Of a stretch of 64,000 nucleotides of DNA, positions 1 through 9,680 are shown piece after piece. The notes under the pieces were generated by a model. That model had not been told where the DNA came from. It did no database searches and saw only the letters and a list, made by a program, of their open reading frames with translations. Location of the stretch: NCBI GenBank assembly GCA_965662235.1, contig CBFIGY010000001.1, positions 128,001 through 192,000 on the forward strand, written 5' to 3'. A program made the position numbers and the translations under genes. This DNA comes from an uncultured bacterium. GTDB taxonomy: Bacteria > SAR324 > NAC60-12. Within the stretch, counting starts at the first letter, position 1. Each line of letters begins with the position of its first letter.

Positions 1-828
1 GTCTTTCCACAGCGACTGGTGGGTGTGCATTCCGGAACCGTTGTCGTTGAACATCGGCTTCGGCATGAAGGTCGCGCTCTTGCCGTGCTGGCGTGCCACG
101 TTCCGGACAATGTACTTGAACCACTGCAGGTCGTCGGCAGACTGCACCAGCGTGTTGAACTGGTAGTTGATCTCATGCTGTGCCGGAGCCACCTCGTGGT
201 GGTGCCGCTCCACCTGCATGCCCATCTGCTCAATGAACTGAACCATCTCCACCCGCAGGTCCTGAAGGGTGTCATACGGGGCCGATGGGAAGTAGCCCAT
301 CTTGTGTCCCGTCTTGTAGCCCAAGTTCGGGTGCTCGTCGGCATCGGTGTTCCAAGGCGCTTCTGACGAATCAATGGAGTAGAAGCCTCCTGCAGAGCCG
401 TGCGCGTACTGGACGTTGTCGAAGATGAAGAATTCGGCTTCCGGACCAAAGTAGGCGGTGTCGGCAATTCCGGTGGAAGAAAGGTACGCCTGCGCCTTGC
501 GGGCGATGCTGCGTGGGTCACGGCTGTAGCCCTCTCCGGTGACCGGATCCTGGATATCACAAATCAAAGACAGGGTCGGCTGAGCGAAGAACGGATCAAT
601 CTTGGCCGTGCTCAGATCCGGAACAACCTTCATGTCGCTGGCGTTGATGGTCTGCCAGCAGCGGATGCTCGAGCCGTCGAACATGCGACCGTTCTCCAAC
701 ATGTCATCTCCGAGCTCCGAGACCGGGAACATGATGTGCTGCCACGTCCCCAGGAAGTCGATGAACTTGAGATCGACGGTGACCACATTGTGCTCTTTGG
801 CGAGCGCCAGTACTTCTTGACTGTTCAT
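1..828 (-). CDS. glnA: Glutamine synthetase type I (5' part; runs off the left edge)
   Basis: Not in the ORF track because it has no stop in the window. Manual translation from ATG at 828 gives MNSQEVLALAKEHNVVTVDLKFIDFLGTWQH...FDGSSI...SDM...DPRSIARKA...AYFGPEAEFFIFD, which are GSI motifs. Confidence 0.97.
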   Translation of the reverse strand, partial: MNSQEVLALAKEHNVVTVDLKFIDFLGTWQHIMFPVSELGDDMLENGRMFDGSSIRCWQTINASDMKVVPDLSTAKIDPFFAQPTLSLICDIQDPVTGEGYSRDPRSIARKAQAYLSSTGIADTAYFGPEAEFFIFDNVQYAHGSAGGFYSIDSSEAPWNTDADEHPNLGYKTGHKMGYFPSAPYDTLQDLRVEMVQFIEQMGMQVERHHHEVAPAQHEINYQFNTLVQSADDLQWFKYIVRNVARQHGKSATFMPKPMFNDNGSGMHTHQSLWKD

Positions 829-944
829 AAAACTCTGTTTCGTTCAGATTGAGCAAAATTTGGGAGGCAGGCCAGAGCGCTTCCCGGTGCCGTGCCGCAA
901 ACGCAGGCTGAAGCGACTGCGGATGATGCATTCCCCCTCCCTGC

Positions 945-960
945 AGCAAGAAGCGATCCA
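945..960 (-). promoter_or_regulatory. Putative sigma54 (-24/-12) promoter of glnA
   Basis: The minus strand reads TGGATCGCTTCTTGCT, an exact GG-N10-GC with TTGC at -12, about 115 bp upstream of glnA. glnA is a classic sigma54 target. Confidence 0.7.
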
Positions 961-1013
961 CCCCCGCAAACCCGCTAAAATCAAGGCTTTGCTGCAGAAT
1001 AAGTGACAAAATG

Positions 1014-1049
1014 CGCACAAAAAATAGGCGTTTGCTTAATTTATGATCA
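1014..1049. promoter_or_regulatory. Pair of putative NtrC-like enhancer sites upstream of glnA
   Basis: 17-mers CGCACAAAAAATAGGCG (1014-1030) and TGCTTAATTTATGATCA (1033-1049). Each matches 13/17 to the reverse complement of a site upstream of the urease operon. Confidence 0.6.
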
Positions 1050-1148
1050 CCCCACCCAGACACGGTTTCAACTGGCCCCTTGTGTTCGTTGTGCTAGGCT
1101 TGACCTCGGTTGACTCAACGCCCTCAAACCCTTCACCCAGACCGTCAC

Positions 1149-2063
1149 ATGGAACCGACATCTCCTGAAACTCCCGCGACTTCCCCCCGGACTCGCAAAC
1201 CGGCTTGGCTCAAAGTGCCCTTCCCCGGAGGAGAGCGCTTCAACTGGATCAAGGAAAAATCAAAAACCCTGAAGCTGGCCACGGTTTGTGAGGAAGCTCG
1301 GTGCCCCAACATTGGGGAGTGCTGGAACAGCGGCACGGCGACCTTCATGCTCATGGGCGAAACCTGCACCCGCGGATGCCGCTTCTGCTCCGTCAACACC
1401 GCCAAGCGCCCTGGCGCCCTCGACATGGAGGAGCCCCGGAACCTAGCTGAGACCATCACCGGCATGGAGCTGACCTACGTGGTCCTCACCACAGTGGACC
1501 GAGACGATCTGGAAGACCAAGGGGCCGGACACATCGCACGCTGCATCCGGGCCACCCGTCGAGCCAACCCGCAGCTGCTGGTGGAAATCCTCATGCCCGA
1601 CTTCCGGGGCGACCTGTCCTGCGTGCAGCAGGTCATCGACACCGGCGCCGAAGTTCTGGCCCACAACGTTGAGACCGTCGAACGCCTCACCCCTCGCGTC
1701 CGCGACCCCCGGGCCGGCTACCAGCAGTCGCTGGATGTGCTGAAGTACCTCAAGGACCAGGCTCCGGAACGCTACACCAAATCGTCCCTCATGCTGGGTC
1801 TGGGTGAGACGCAGGACGAGGTGGTTGAAGCCATGGAAGCGATGCGGGCAGTGGATGTCGACTTCCTGACCCTGGGACAGTACCTTCAGCCCACGCACAA
1901 GCACCTCAAGGTGGAGCGCTTTCTGCCTCCGGAAGAGTTCGAAGAGCTGAAGACCATCGGCGAGTCCCTCGGTTTCCAGTACGTGGCTGCAGGACCGCTG
2001 GTTCGCAGTTCGTACAAAGCCGCTGAATTTTACATTGAACGCACCATTCGGGCCCGCGCATGA
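1149..2063 (+). CDS. lipA: Lipoyl synthase
   Basis: [19 protein letters not shown] (auxiliary cluster), CTRGCRFC (radical SAM), HNVETV and C-terminal VRSSY. Start placed at ATG 1149. Confidence 0.97.
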   Translation: MEPTSPETPATSPRTRKPAWLKVPFPGGERFNWIKEKSKTLKLATVCEEARCPNIGECWNSGTATFMLMGETCTRGCRFCSVNTAKRPGALDMEEPRNLAETITGMELTYVVLTTVDRDDLEDQGAGHIARCIRATRRANPQLLVEILMPDFRGDLSCVQQVIDTGAEVLAHNVETVERLTPRVRDPRAGYQQSLDVLKYLKDQAPERYTKSSLMLGLGETQDEVVEAMEAMRAVDVDFLTLGQYLQPTHKHLKVERFLPPEEFEELKTIGESLGFQYVAAGPLVRSSYKAAEFYIERTIRARA

Positions 2064-3346
2064 CCGACTCCTTGATTCTGGAGCCCATTCAACAGATCTC
2101 CGGGACCGTCTCGCTGCCCGGCTCCAAAAGCCTCTCCAACCGCATCCTCCTCCTAGCCTGCCTAGCTCAGGGACAAACGGAGGTCCGGAACCTTCTTGAC
2201 AGCGAGGACATCCGGATGATGGTCGGCGCCATGGACGCCTTAGGAGTCTCCTTTACAGAAGATCGAGACGCCCACACCCTCACTGTTGCAGGCGAAGGGG
2301 CCCCCTTCCGTTCCTCCGGTGCCGAGCTGATGCTGGGAAATGCCGGCACTGCCATGCGTCCCCTCACCGCAGCACTGACTCTGGGGTCCGGACGATTTGT
2401 CCTCGATGGCATTCCCCGCATGCGGGAGCGTCCGATTCAAGACCTGGTGGAGGCGCTCTCGCAGCTGGGGGCCACCATTCACTGTCCCTTGGGCAACGGT
2501 TGTCCTCCTGTGGAGATCCACGCCTCCGGGCTGCCCGGCGGCACCGCACAGGTCAAGGGTTCCATCAGCAGCCAGTACCTCACGGCTCTGCTCATGGCTG
2601 CGCCTTACGCCCAGAGCGACGTTTCACTGGAAATCACTGACACCCTTGTGTCGCAGCCTTATGTGGACATGACCTTGCGCCTGATGGAGCGCTTTGGGGT
2701 GCAGGTGGAGAACGACCAGTTCCGGCGGTTTCACATCCGCAGTGGCCAGACCTACCAGAGTCCCGGAGTCGCTTTTGTCGAAGGAGATGCCTCCTCTGCC
2801 TCCTACTTTCTCGCTGGCGCGGCCATCACCGGAGGCACCGTCACCGTGGAAGGGTGTGGCACCGAAAGCCTGCAGGGAGACGCCCGCTTTGCCGAAGTCA
2901 TGGAACTCATGGGGGCCTCTGTTGAGTGGCAGGCCAACTCGGTCACCGTGACGGGAACCGGCGTGCTCAAGGGGGTGGATGTGGACATGAACCGGATGCC
3001 GGATGCGGCCATGACCCTAGCGGTCGCGGCGCTGTTTGCTTCTGGAGAAACCACCATCCGCAACATCTACAACTGGCGCGTCAAGGAAACCGAACGGGTT
3101 CAGGCGGTCTCCACAGAACTGAGAAAGCTGGGCGCCACCGTTGAAGAAGGCTACGACTTCATTGTCATCAACCCACCTCCCCGGGTGCTGCCGGCCTCCA
3201 TCGACACCTACGATGACCACCGCATGGCAATGGCCTTCTCGCTTGCCGCCTGCGGGAATGCTGCTGTCGAGATCCGGGACCCCGGTTGTACCCGCAAGAC
3301 GTTCCCTGACTACTTTGACGTCCTCTCAGGGCTGATTCACCGGTAA
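2060..3346 (+). CDS. aroA: 3-phosphoshikimate 1-carboxyvinyltransferase (EPSP synthase)
   Basis: [43 protein letters not shown] and KTFPDYF motifs. ATGA overlap with lipA. Confidence 0.98.
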   Translation: MTDSLILEPIQQISGTVSLPGSKSLSNRILLLACLAQGQTEVRNLLDSEDIRMMVGAMDALGVSFTEDRDAHTLTVAGEGAPFRSSGAELMLGNAGTAMRPLTAALTLGSGRFVLDGIPRMRERPIQDLVEALSQLGATIHCPLGNGCPPVEIHASGLPGGTAQVKGSISSQYLTALLMAAPYAQSDVSLEITDTLVSQPYVDMTLRLMERFGVQVENDQFRRFHIRSGQTYQSPGVAFVEGDASSASYFLAGAAITGGTVTVEGCGTESLQGDARFAEVMELMGASVEWQANSVTVTGTGVLKGVDVDMNRMPDAAMTLAVAALFASGETTIRNIYNWRVKETERVQAVSTELRKLGATVEEGYDFIVINPPPRVLPASIDTYDDHRMAMAFSLAACGNAAVEIRDPGCTRKTFPDYFDVLSGLIHR

Positions 3347-3420
3347 CCTCTGGGCGCTCCCCACCTCAGGAGCGCCTCCGGCACCCACTCTGCCTCCACC
3401 CACTCATTTCCTCGGGCACC

Positions 3421-4230
3421 ATGACACCGCCCCTCCTGCACGCCATTCACCTCTACCCCATCAAGTCCTGCAAGGGCCTCTCGGTTCCTGAAGCGGAAAT
3501 CACGCCCCGGGGCCTCAAGCACGATCGACGCTGGATGATTGTCGATGACCAGGGACACTTCCTCACTCAGCGCAGCCTGGCACAGTTGGCCCTCATTGAC
3601 GTTCAACTGGAAGGAGACCAGCTGCTCCTCCAGGTGCCAGAACAGCCCCTTGTGCGCCTGCCCCTAGAGCCCCAAGAAGGCGAGTGGCAAAACGTGCTGG
3701 TCTGGGAAGACCAGGTTCCGGCGCTCCAGCCCAGCCCAGAAGCCAATCAGGCCCTTCAGGCCTTTCTAGGACAACCCTGCGCCCTCGTGTTCCAGCCCGA
3801 AAGCACACACCGTCCGGTGGATCCGGACTACGGACAGCCGGAAGACCTGGTGTCCTTTGCCGATGGCTTTCCACTCCTGCTGGCCACCGAAGCGTCTCTG
3901 GAGGAACTCAACCGGCGCCTGGAGCAGCCTGTCACGATGCAGCGCTTCCGGCCCAACTTGGTCGTTGCCAACACCGCCCCGCACGCGGAAGATCACTGGC
4001 CCCGCCTCCGGATTGGCACCACGGCCTTCCGCAGCGTGAAGCCCTGTGCCCGCTGCGTGATGACCACCGTTGATCCGCAAGCAGGCGCCCGTGACGGAAA
4101 GGAACCACTTGCCACCCTTGCCACTTACCGGAAGTTTGGCGGCAAGGTGATGTTTGGGCAAAACCTCATCCCCGACCTTCCGGAAGCCGGTGCCTGCCTG
4201 CGGGTGGGGGATGCCGTGGAGGTTTTTTAG
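3421..4230 (+). CDS. MOSC domain protein (YcbX/mARC-like)
   Basis: YPIKSCKG, DRRWM, FADGFPLLL, RFRPNLVV and KPCARC. Confidence 0.92.
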   Translation: MTPPLLHAIHLYPIKSCKGLSVPEAEITPRGLKHDRRWMIVDDQGHFLTQRSLAQLALIDVQLEGDQLLLQVPEQPLVRLPLEPQEGEWQNVLVWEDQVPALQPSPEANQALQAFLGQPCALVFQPESTHRPVDPDYGQPEDLVSFADGFPLLLATEASLEELNRRLEQPVTMQRFRPNLVVANTAPHAEDHWPRLRIGTTAFRSVKPCARCVMTTVDPQAGARDGKEPLATLATYRKFGGKVMFGQNLIPDLPEAGACLRVGDAVEVF

Positions 4231-5679
4231 ATGGCCCGAGTGGTCATGTTTCAGGGCACCGGGTCCGGTGTGGGGAAGAGCCTGCTGGCGGCAGGATTCT
4301 GCCGGTGGCTCCGAAACGAGGGCTTCCGGGTCCGTCCCTTCAAGGCCCAGAACATGGCCCTCAACTCGGGAGTCACTCCAGATGGCAAGGAAATCGGACG
4401 CGCCCAGATGCTGCAGGCAGAGGCCTGTGGCGTCGAGCCGGATGTGCGCATGAACCCCATCCTCCTCAAGCCTCAGGGCCCCGGAGTCTCTCAGCTCATC
4501 CGCCTAGGAGAAGCCGTGGGCGTTTGCTCAGCCCGTGACTACTACACGCTGTTTCCGGAAAACTTTGCCACCGTTCAGCAGGCCTTTGCGTCGTTGCAGG
4601 AAGAGGCCGACTGGATGGTCATTGAAGGAGCCGGCAGCCCGGCTGAGATCAACCTGCAGGCCACAGACATCGTCAACATGCGCATGGCCGAGCATGCCCA
4701 GGCCCGGGTGATTGTGGTGGGAGACATCGATCGTGGAGGAGTGTTTGCGTGGATGAAGGGAACCTACGACCTGGTGCAGGACCACCATCGGCCCCTCATC
4801 GCCGGCTTCCTGATCAACAAGTTCCGGGGCGACGTCACGCTGCTGCAGCCCGGAATCGACCAGTTTGCCCAATGGGTGCCGGCCCCGGTGCTCGGAGTCA
4901 TCCCGTGGCGTGAGTTTGCCCTTGAGGATGAAGACTCGCAAAACGTCCGCTCCCGCCTGGTTCCCAACGCGCGCCTAGAAGTGGCCATCATCCGGACGCC
5001 CTACCTTTCCAATTTCTCCGACTTCGACCCCCTCAAGCAGGTGCCTGACGTCTCCGTCCGGTTCACCAAAAATGTGGACGACCTGGCCTCGGCACACCTG
5101 ATTGTGCTCCCTGGAAGCAAAAACACCGGACACGACCTCCGCTTTCTGCATGAATCCGGGTTTGCGTCAGAACTGCAGCGGCTCCGTGGAAAAAAGTGGG
5201 TGCTGGGGATCTGTGGCGGGTACCAAATGCTCGGAGAGGTGGTCGCCGATCCGGAAGGAGTCGAGTCGGAAGGACAGTGCGAAGGCCTCGGCTTCCTGCC
5301 CCTCCGGACTCAGATGGGACGCCAGAAGACCCTGACGCGCCAGACTTATTCAGGCATCGGCTGGCTGGAGGGACTCCGTTGGCCGGCTTACGAAATTCAT
5401 CATGGCCAAACCGCAACCACGTCTCCTCACGCGAGCTTTCGCCCCTTTGTTGCCGAAGCGCCAGACCTAGGCGTGCTGGATCCGGATCAGAAGGTGATCG
5501 GAACCTACCTGCATGGCTTTCTGGACACTCCAGACGTGCTCCAGCGTGTGCTGGCCTGCCTGGACCCCGAGCCGTTTGCGCTGCCCCAGGCCTTTGCCGA
5601 CCTGAAGCAGCAGGAGCTCGATGCCCTTGCCCACTTCCTTGCCGAAAGCTGTGACGTGCCCCGGGTGCTCGGACTTTAG
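4231..5679 (+). CDS. cobQ: Cobyric acid synthase
   Basis: QGTGSGVGKS, PFKAQNMALNS, EGAGSPAEINL, DIDRGGVFA, GICGGYQMLG, YEIHHG and GTYLHG. Confidence 0.96.
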   Translation: MARVVMFQGTGSGVGKSLLAAGFCRWLRNEGFRVRPFKAQNMALNSGVTPDGKEIGRAQMLQAEACGVEPDVRMNPILLKPQGPGVSQLIRLGEAVGVCSARDYYTLFPENFATVQQAFASLQEEADWMVIEGAGSPAEINLQATDIVNMRMAEHAQARVIVVGDIDRGGVFAWMKGTYDLVQDHHRPLIAGFLINKFRGDVTLLQPGIDQFAQWVPAPVLGVIPWREFALEDEDSQNVRSRLVPNARLEVAIIRTPYLSNFSDFDPLKQVPDVSVRFTKNVDDLASAHLIVLPGSKNTGHDLRFLHESGFASELQRLRGKKWVLGICGGYQMLGEVVADPEGVESEGQCEGLGFLPLRTQMGRQKTLTRQTYSGIGWLEGLRWPAYEIHHGQTATTSPHASFRPFVAEAPDLGVLDPDQKVIGTYLHGFLDTPDVLQRVLACLDPEPFALPQAFADLKQQELDALAHFLAESCDVPRVLGL

Positions 5680-5681
5680 GT

Positions 5682-5873
5682 TCAGCCCGTCAGGGAACGG
5701 TCCTGCCGAAAAACCCAGTAGTCCACACTGCGGCAGCGGCCAATCTTTTGGGGAGAACTGGGAATTTCCGGAGGCAGAACCTCAATTTCGCCTCCACGCC
5801 GGAGGAATTCACGGACGTGCTCTTGGATCAACAAATCGCTGTGCTTCTGCCCTTCAATCCTGGTACTTGGCAT
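5682..5873 (-). CDS. Small protein with a SutA-like RNA-polymerase-binding motif
   Basis: 63 aa with a GAGGGG RBS just upstream of the ATG. Core EFLRRGGEIEVLPP resembles Pseudomonas SutA EFLSRGGKVQEIEP (recalled sequence). Confidence 0.65.
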   Translation of the reverse strand: MPSTRIEGQKHSDLLIQEHVREFLRRGGEIEVLPPEIPSSPQKIGRCRSVDYWVFRQDRSLTG

Positions 5874-6074
5874 AACCCCTCATTGAAGAAATAGGATCCG
5901 GGAACGGGTGCGTCTAGATTCGCGCTCGTGCGTTTGCCTTCAATAATTGCCGAGTGAGAAATTCATTAAAAACTCCGTAAAACGCCATGAATTTTGCAGG
6001 AGTTGAGGCAAAAAGCAACTGATTGGCACCGGTTTCCGATCTTTTTGTGATTCTTAACCTCTCGTTTATTCTGC

Positions 6075-6497
6075 ATGCCAGCCCTCACTCCAGACGCCAT
6101 CCGCTACCTTGTTGTGCACTGTTCCGCTACTCCAGATGACCAACCTCTGACTGCCCGAGACATCCATGAGATGCACCTAGGGTTTGGCTGGGATGGCATC
6201 GGCTACCACCGAGTCATCCGACGCGATGGCACCGTTGAGTCGGGCCGTCCGGACTACTGGGTGGGGGCCCATGTGAAGGGGCGCAACACGGAAAGCCTCG
6301 GCGTTTGCCTGATCGGCATTGATGAATTTACCCCTGCTCAGTTTACTTCTTTGGAACAGGTCCTCCGGACGTGGCAGGCCGAGTACCCGCACGCCACCAT
6401 CCTCGGACACCGAGACATGGGAAATACCGATAAGACCTGTCCGAACTTCGACGTCCGGACCTGGTGGGACGCTCGAAACAAAGGGGCTGGCGTTTGA
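6075..6497 (+). CDS. N-acetylmuramoyl-L-alanine amidase, T7-lysozyme/PGRP type (Amidase_2)
   Basis: VVHCSAT, GWDGIGYH, GAHVKG.N..S.GVCLIG, GHRD and KTCPNFDV (Zn ligands His/His/Cys). No signal peptide. Confidence 0.92.
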   Translation: MPALTPDAIRYLVVHCSATPDDQPLTARDIHEMHLGFGWDGIGYHRVIRRDGTVESGRPDYWVGAHVKGRNTESLGVCLIGIDEFTPAQFTSLEQVLRTWQAEYPHATILGHRDMGNTDKTCPNFDVRTWWDARNKGAGV

Positions 6498-6586
6498 AAA
6501 ATCGGCTGTTACCATGGCAGTCCTTTATTTTCTCAGGGGAGTGGCCGGACTCCCTCCTGCAAACGCCTAGATCACGAGACGTGTGC

Positions 6587-6931
6587 ATGTCCATGCCTTT
6601 ACTGAAAATCAACCACGGCTATTACCTCTTGCTGGAAGACACCGGGCGCTCGGTCCTGGGGCACTACATCCTCTTCCGCGATCCGCATGAACTGCGAGAG
6701 CCCGAACGACGAGCGTGGGTGCTGCGTGCCGAAAATACCGAAGACCGCCGCTTTCGCATCCGCATGGCCGTGGTCGAGGCCATCTTTGGGCATCACTATC
6801 ACCTGCACTCCGATTGCTACGACCACCAGACCACCCTCTATCACTTCTTACAGGCAGCGCCCGAAGACCTGACCACCCGCATTGAAGACTGGTGGATTCT
6901 GCACAATGAAACCCCCTCGCTCCTGTCCTAA
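6587..6931 (+). CDS. Hypothetical protein (start uncertain; may begin at TTG 6494, overlapping the amidase stop)
   Basis: Open frame with genome-like codon usage that fills the gap. No motif recognised. Confidence 0.6.
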   Translation: MSMPLLKINHGYYLLLEDTGRSVLGHYILFRDPHELREPERRAWVLRAENTEDRRFRIRMAVVEAIFGHHYHLHSDCYDHQTTLYHFLQAAPEDLTTRIEDWWILHNETPSLLS

Positions 6932-7089
6932 ACGCTGGCATCGGCCCTCACAAGCCCTTTCCGTACGTATCTGTTTGACCGGTTGCGTCATTTTTCCTAA
7001 TCTCAAGGGCGCGCCGTCCTCACTGTTTGACCGTAGCGGACGCCTGTTCCCCTCAATTTCCTAATCTTTGCTCCGAGGAGCCCCGTCTC

Positions 7090-9567
7090 ATGAACCCCTC
7101 TATTGGGAAGCCGCTTTTTCAGTCCACCCTGGTCCACCACTCCGCCGTCTCGCTTCTGCCTCAAGCCCTGCAAGATGCAGCAGAAGACGCGATGGAGCTG
7201 ATTCCAGAAGCCGCCCGTGAACACGTTACCGCCTTCCGGCTCAGTCACGATGGCACCACCGTCACGGCCCTGAGCTACCCCTCCTTCTGGGAGAACCCCT
7301 TTCCTGAGCTCGCTGCCTCCTGGAAGGTCTCTCTGGAAACCGAGGAAGTCAAGTTCCGCACCTTCACGGATTCTTTGAATCCGCCTATTCTTTTTCAAAA
7401 AGAGCAACTGCTGCCTCCGGAGCATCCGCAGTACGCGGCCTTCCGCAAGCTCTCGCAGGCAACGGAAAAGCTGGGGCTCTTCAAGGAGCCTCTACGGAAT
7501 GGCTTCCGGCAGTCTTGGCAACGGATGCTCCGTGCTCAGGGCTACCGCCTTGAGAAGGGCAAGTGGGTCAGCATCCCAGTGGCTTCGGAACCGCCTCCGC
7601 TGGAAGATGACGTGGCCCCGTCTCAGCTTTCGCTGCCCTTTCAGATTCTGCAGCGCTTCGGGTTTCTGGAAGGCGACTTCACCTGCTTTGACTACGGATG
7701 CGGTGACGGCGCGGACCTAGAGGAGCTTCAGCGCCTCGGGGTGGCCGCAGAAGGGTGGGACCCCACCGCTCGACCAGATGCGCCCCTCCGGGAAGCAGAC
7801 ATCGTCAACCTCGGCTACGTGCTCAACACCATTGAAGACCACGAAGTCCGGACAGAAGCCCTCAAAACGGCTTACGCGCTCTCTCAGGAGCTGCTCGTGG
7901 TCTCGGTTCATCTGTTCAACCAGAACGTCTCAGGTGAGCCCTTCCGGGACGGGTTGCTGCTTGAAGACCACTCCTTCCAGAAGTACTACACGCCTCAACT
8001 GCTCAGCGACCTGATTGAGGAGCAGCTGGGAGAAGAATCGGTGGCCGTGGCGCCTGGGGTGTTCTTTGTCTTCAAGGACAAGGGCCTGCAGCAGCGGTTC
8101 CTCCTTGAGCGCAGTCGCTCCTACACTTCACTGGCGCGGCTCATTCAGCAGTTCACCCGTACCCCCGGAGCCGTCAGTGCCAGCATTCCTGCCCAGCTGG
8201 TTCCGCTGCTCCAGCTCAGCTGGGAGCTCGGACGTGAGCCCCATCCGGACGAGGTTCCAGAACTGCAGGACGCCCTCAATGAAGCCTTCGGGAGCTTCCG
8301 GAAGGCCCTCAAGGTGCTGAGCGAGCACCAGCCTCCGGGCCTCTTTGACGCTGCGGCGGCCCTGCGGCGAAACGACCTCAAGGTCTACCTGGCGCTGGAG
8401 CTGTTCAAGAAACGGCGGCCCTACCATGAGCTGGATCCCGGACTGCAACGGGACGTGAAGCACTTCTTCAAAAGCTACACCCAGGCCCAGCAGGAAGCCA
8501 AGGACCTGCTCTTTCAGATTGGCGACAACGCGCTGCTTTCGGAAACCTGCGCCGAGGTGGAAACCCGGGGGCTTGGGTGGATGGACGACGATTCCCTCCA
8601 GCTGCACTCCAGCCTAGTGGAGCAGCTGCCACCCCTGCTGCGGGTCTACGTGGGCTGCGCCAGCCACCTTGTGGGAGACGTCTCCAGCGCCGATCTGGTC
8701 AAGATCCACCTGCGTTCCGGAAAACTGAGCCTGATGCGCTTTGATGACTTCTTTGAGCAGGCACAGCCGAAGATGCTGGAGCGGGTCAAGGTGGACCTGA
8801 GGAAGCAGGAGGTGCAGCTGTTTGACTACTCTTCGCCCTACGAGCCTCCTTACCTCTACCTCAAGTCCCGCTTCATGAATGAGGAAATGCCGGAATACGG
8901 CGAACAGCTGGAGTTTGAGGAACAGCTAGAAGCGCTGGGACTGTTTGACTTCAGCGGATACGGCCCCAACGTTTCTGTGTTTGACAACCGGCTCCATCAG
9001 GCTCGCTGGGAACTTCAGGGTCGGCACCTGATCCGCTCCACCACGCTCCCGGACCTAGACGCCCCCTGCGGAGAGAACTTCCGCTACCGGGACTTCCTGG
9101 AGTGCGGTCCGGCTCAGGAGCATGAGGTGAACAACGTCCCCACGCATCCGGATACCTACACCGCGCTCTACGACTTGGCCACCACGCTGCTGGATCCCAT
9201 CATCGACTACTTTGGAGAGATCCTCCTCACCTTCGGTTTCTGCTCCGCCAGCTTGGCCAAACAGCTTTCCGGCACTCAGCCCAAGACCGATCAGCACATT
9301 GGGCATGAGAGCAACCGGGTGGGCAACCCCGTTTGTGCACGAGGTGGCATCGCTGTGGACTTCCTGGTCGAGGATGAAGACATGCTTGAAGTCGCCCAGT
9401 GGATTGTGGAAGAGCGCCTTCCCTTCGACCGGCTGGTGCTCTTTGGTTCCGACCGGCCTCTGCACCTGAGCCACGGCCCTCAGCACGCCGGCGACATTCA
9501 GATCGCTTCCTCCGGAACGCCTCAGGCCCTCACTTCAGAGGCGCTGCTGGAGCTTGATTCGCTGTAG
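7090..9567 (+). CDS. DNA phosphorothioation-associated putative methyltransferase with a C-terminal peptidase M15-like domain
   Basis: GAGGAG RBS before ATG 7090. LSYP.F..P.P.L..S and NPPILFQKE; SAM motif FDYGCGDG; GWDP; ADIVNLGYVLNTIED; FQKYY. C-terminal DQH...AVDF...PLHLS metal-ligand pattern. Confidence 0.8.
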   Translation: MNPSIGKPLFQSTLVHHSAVSLLPQALQDAAEDAMELIPEAAREHVTAFRLSHDGTTVTALSYPSFWENPFPELAASWKVSLETEEVKFRTFTDSLNPPILFQKEQLLPPEHPQYAAFRKLSQATEKLGLFKEPLRNGFRQSWQRMLRAQGYRLEKGKWVSIPVASEPPPLEDDVAPSQLSLPFQILQRFGFLEGDFTCFDYGCGDGADLEELQRLGVAAEGWDPTARPDAPLREADIVNLGYVLNTIEDHEVRTEALKTAYALSQELLVVSVHLFNQNVSGEPFRDGLLLEDHSFQKYYTPQLLSDLIEEQLGEESVAVAPGVFFVFKDKGLQQRFLLERSRSYTSLARLIQQFTRTPGAVSASIPAQLVPLLQLSWELGREPHPDEVPELQDALNEAFGSFRKALKVLSEHQPPGLFDAAAALRRNDLKVYLALELFKKRRPYHELDPGLQRDVKHFFKSYTQAQQEAKDLLFQIGDNALLSETCAEVETRGLGWMDDDSLQLHSSLVEQLPPLLRVYVGCASHLVGDVSSADLVKIHLRSGKLSLMRFDDFFEQAQPKMLERVKVDLRKQEVQLFDYSSPYEPPYLYLKSRFMNEEMPEYGEQLEFEEQLEALGLFDFSGYGPNVSVFDNRLHQARWELQGRHLIRSTTLPDLDAPCGENFRYRDFLECGPAQEHEVNNVPTHPDTYTALYDLATTLLDPIIDYFGEILLTFGFCSASLAKQLSGTQPKTDQHIGHESNRVGNPVCARGGIAVDFLVEDEDMLEVAQWIVEERLPFDRLVLFGSDRPLHLSHGPQHAGDIQIASSGTPQALTSEALLELDSL

Positions 9568-9680
9568 GCACCTTCCTGATATTCTTCTGCTTTCCGGAGC
9601 CCAACGCGATACAAAGTGATACGGCTCCGGGCTTTTCCCCCAACCCGTCCGGGCTAGACTAGATAAGAGCTTCACCCTCT

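Noticed and set aside
19..1063. Track ORFs 19..366, 400..852 and 704..1063
   Set aside because: They overlap the real glnA frame (minus strand from 828), which the track missed because it has no stop in the window.
3347..3420. Cobalamin riboswitch upstream of MOSC-cobQ
   Set aside because: The spacer is only ~75 nt with one simple hairpin (GGCGCTCC/GGAGCGCC) and no B12-box.
6024..6040. TGGCAC sigma54 -24 element upstream of the amidase
   Set aside because: No GC at the -12 position at the required 10-nt spacing.
5682..9567. Prophage or mobile island
   Set aside because: No integrase, transposase, structural genes or flanking direct repeats were seen, and coding composition resembles the flanks, including TCCGGA sites.
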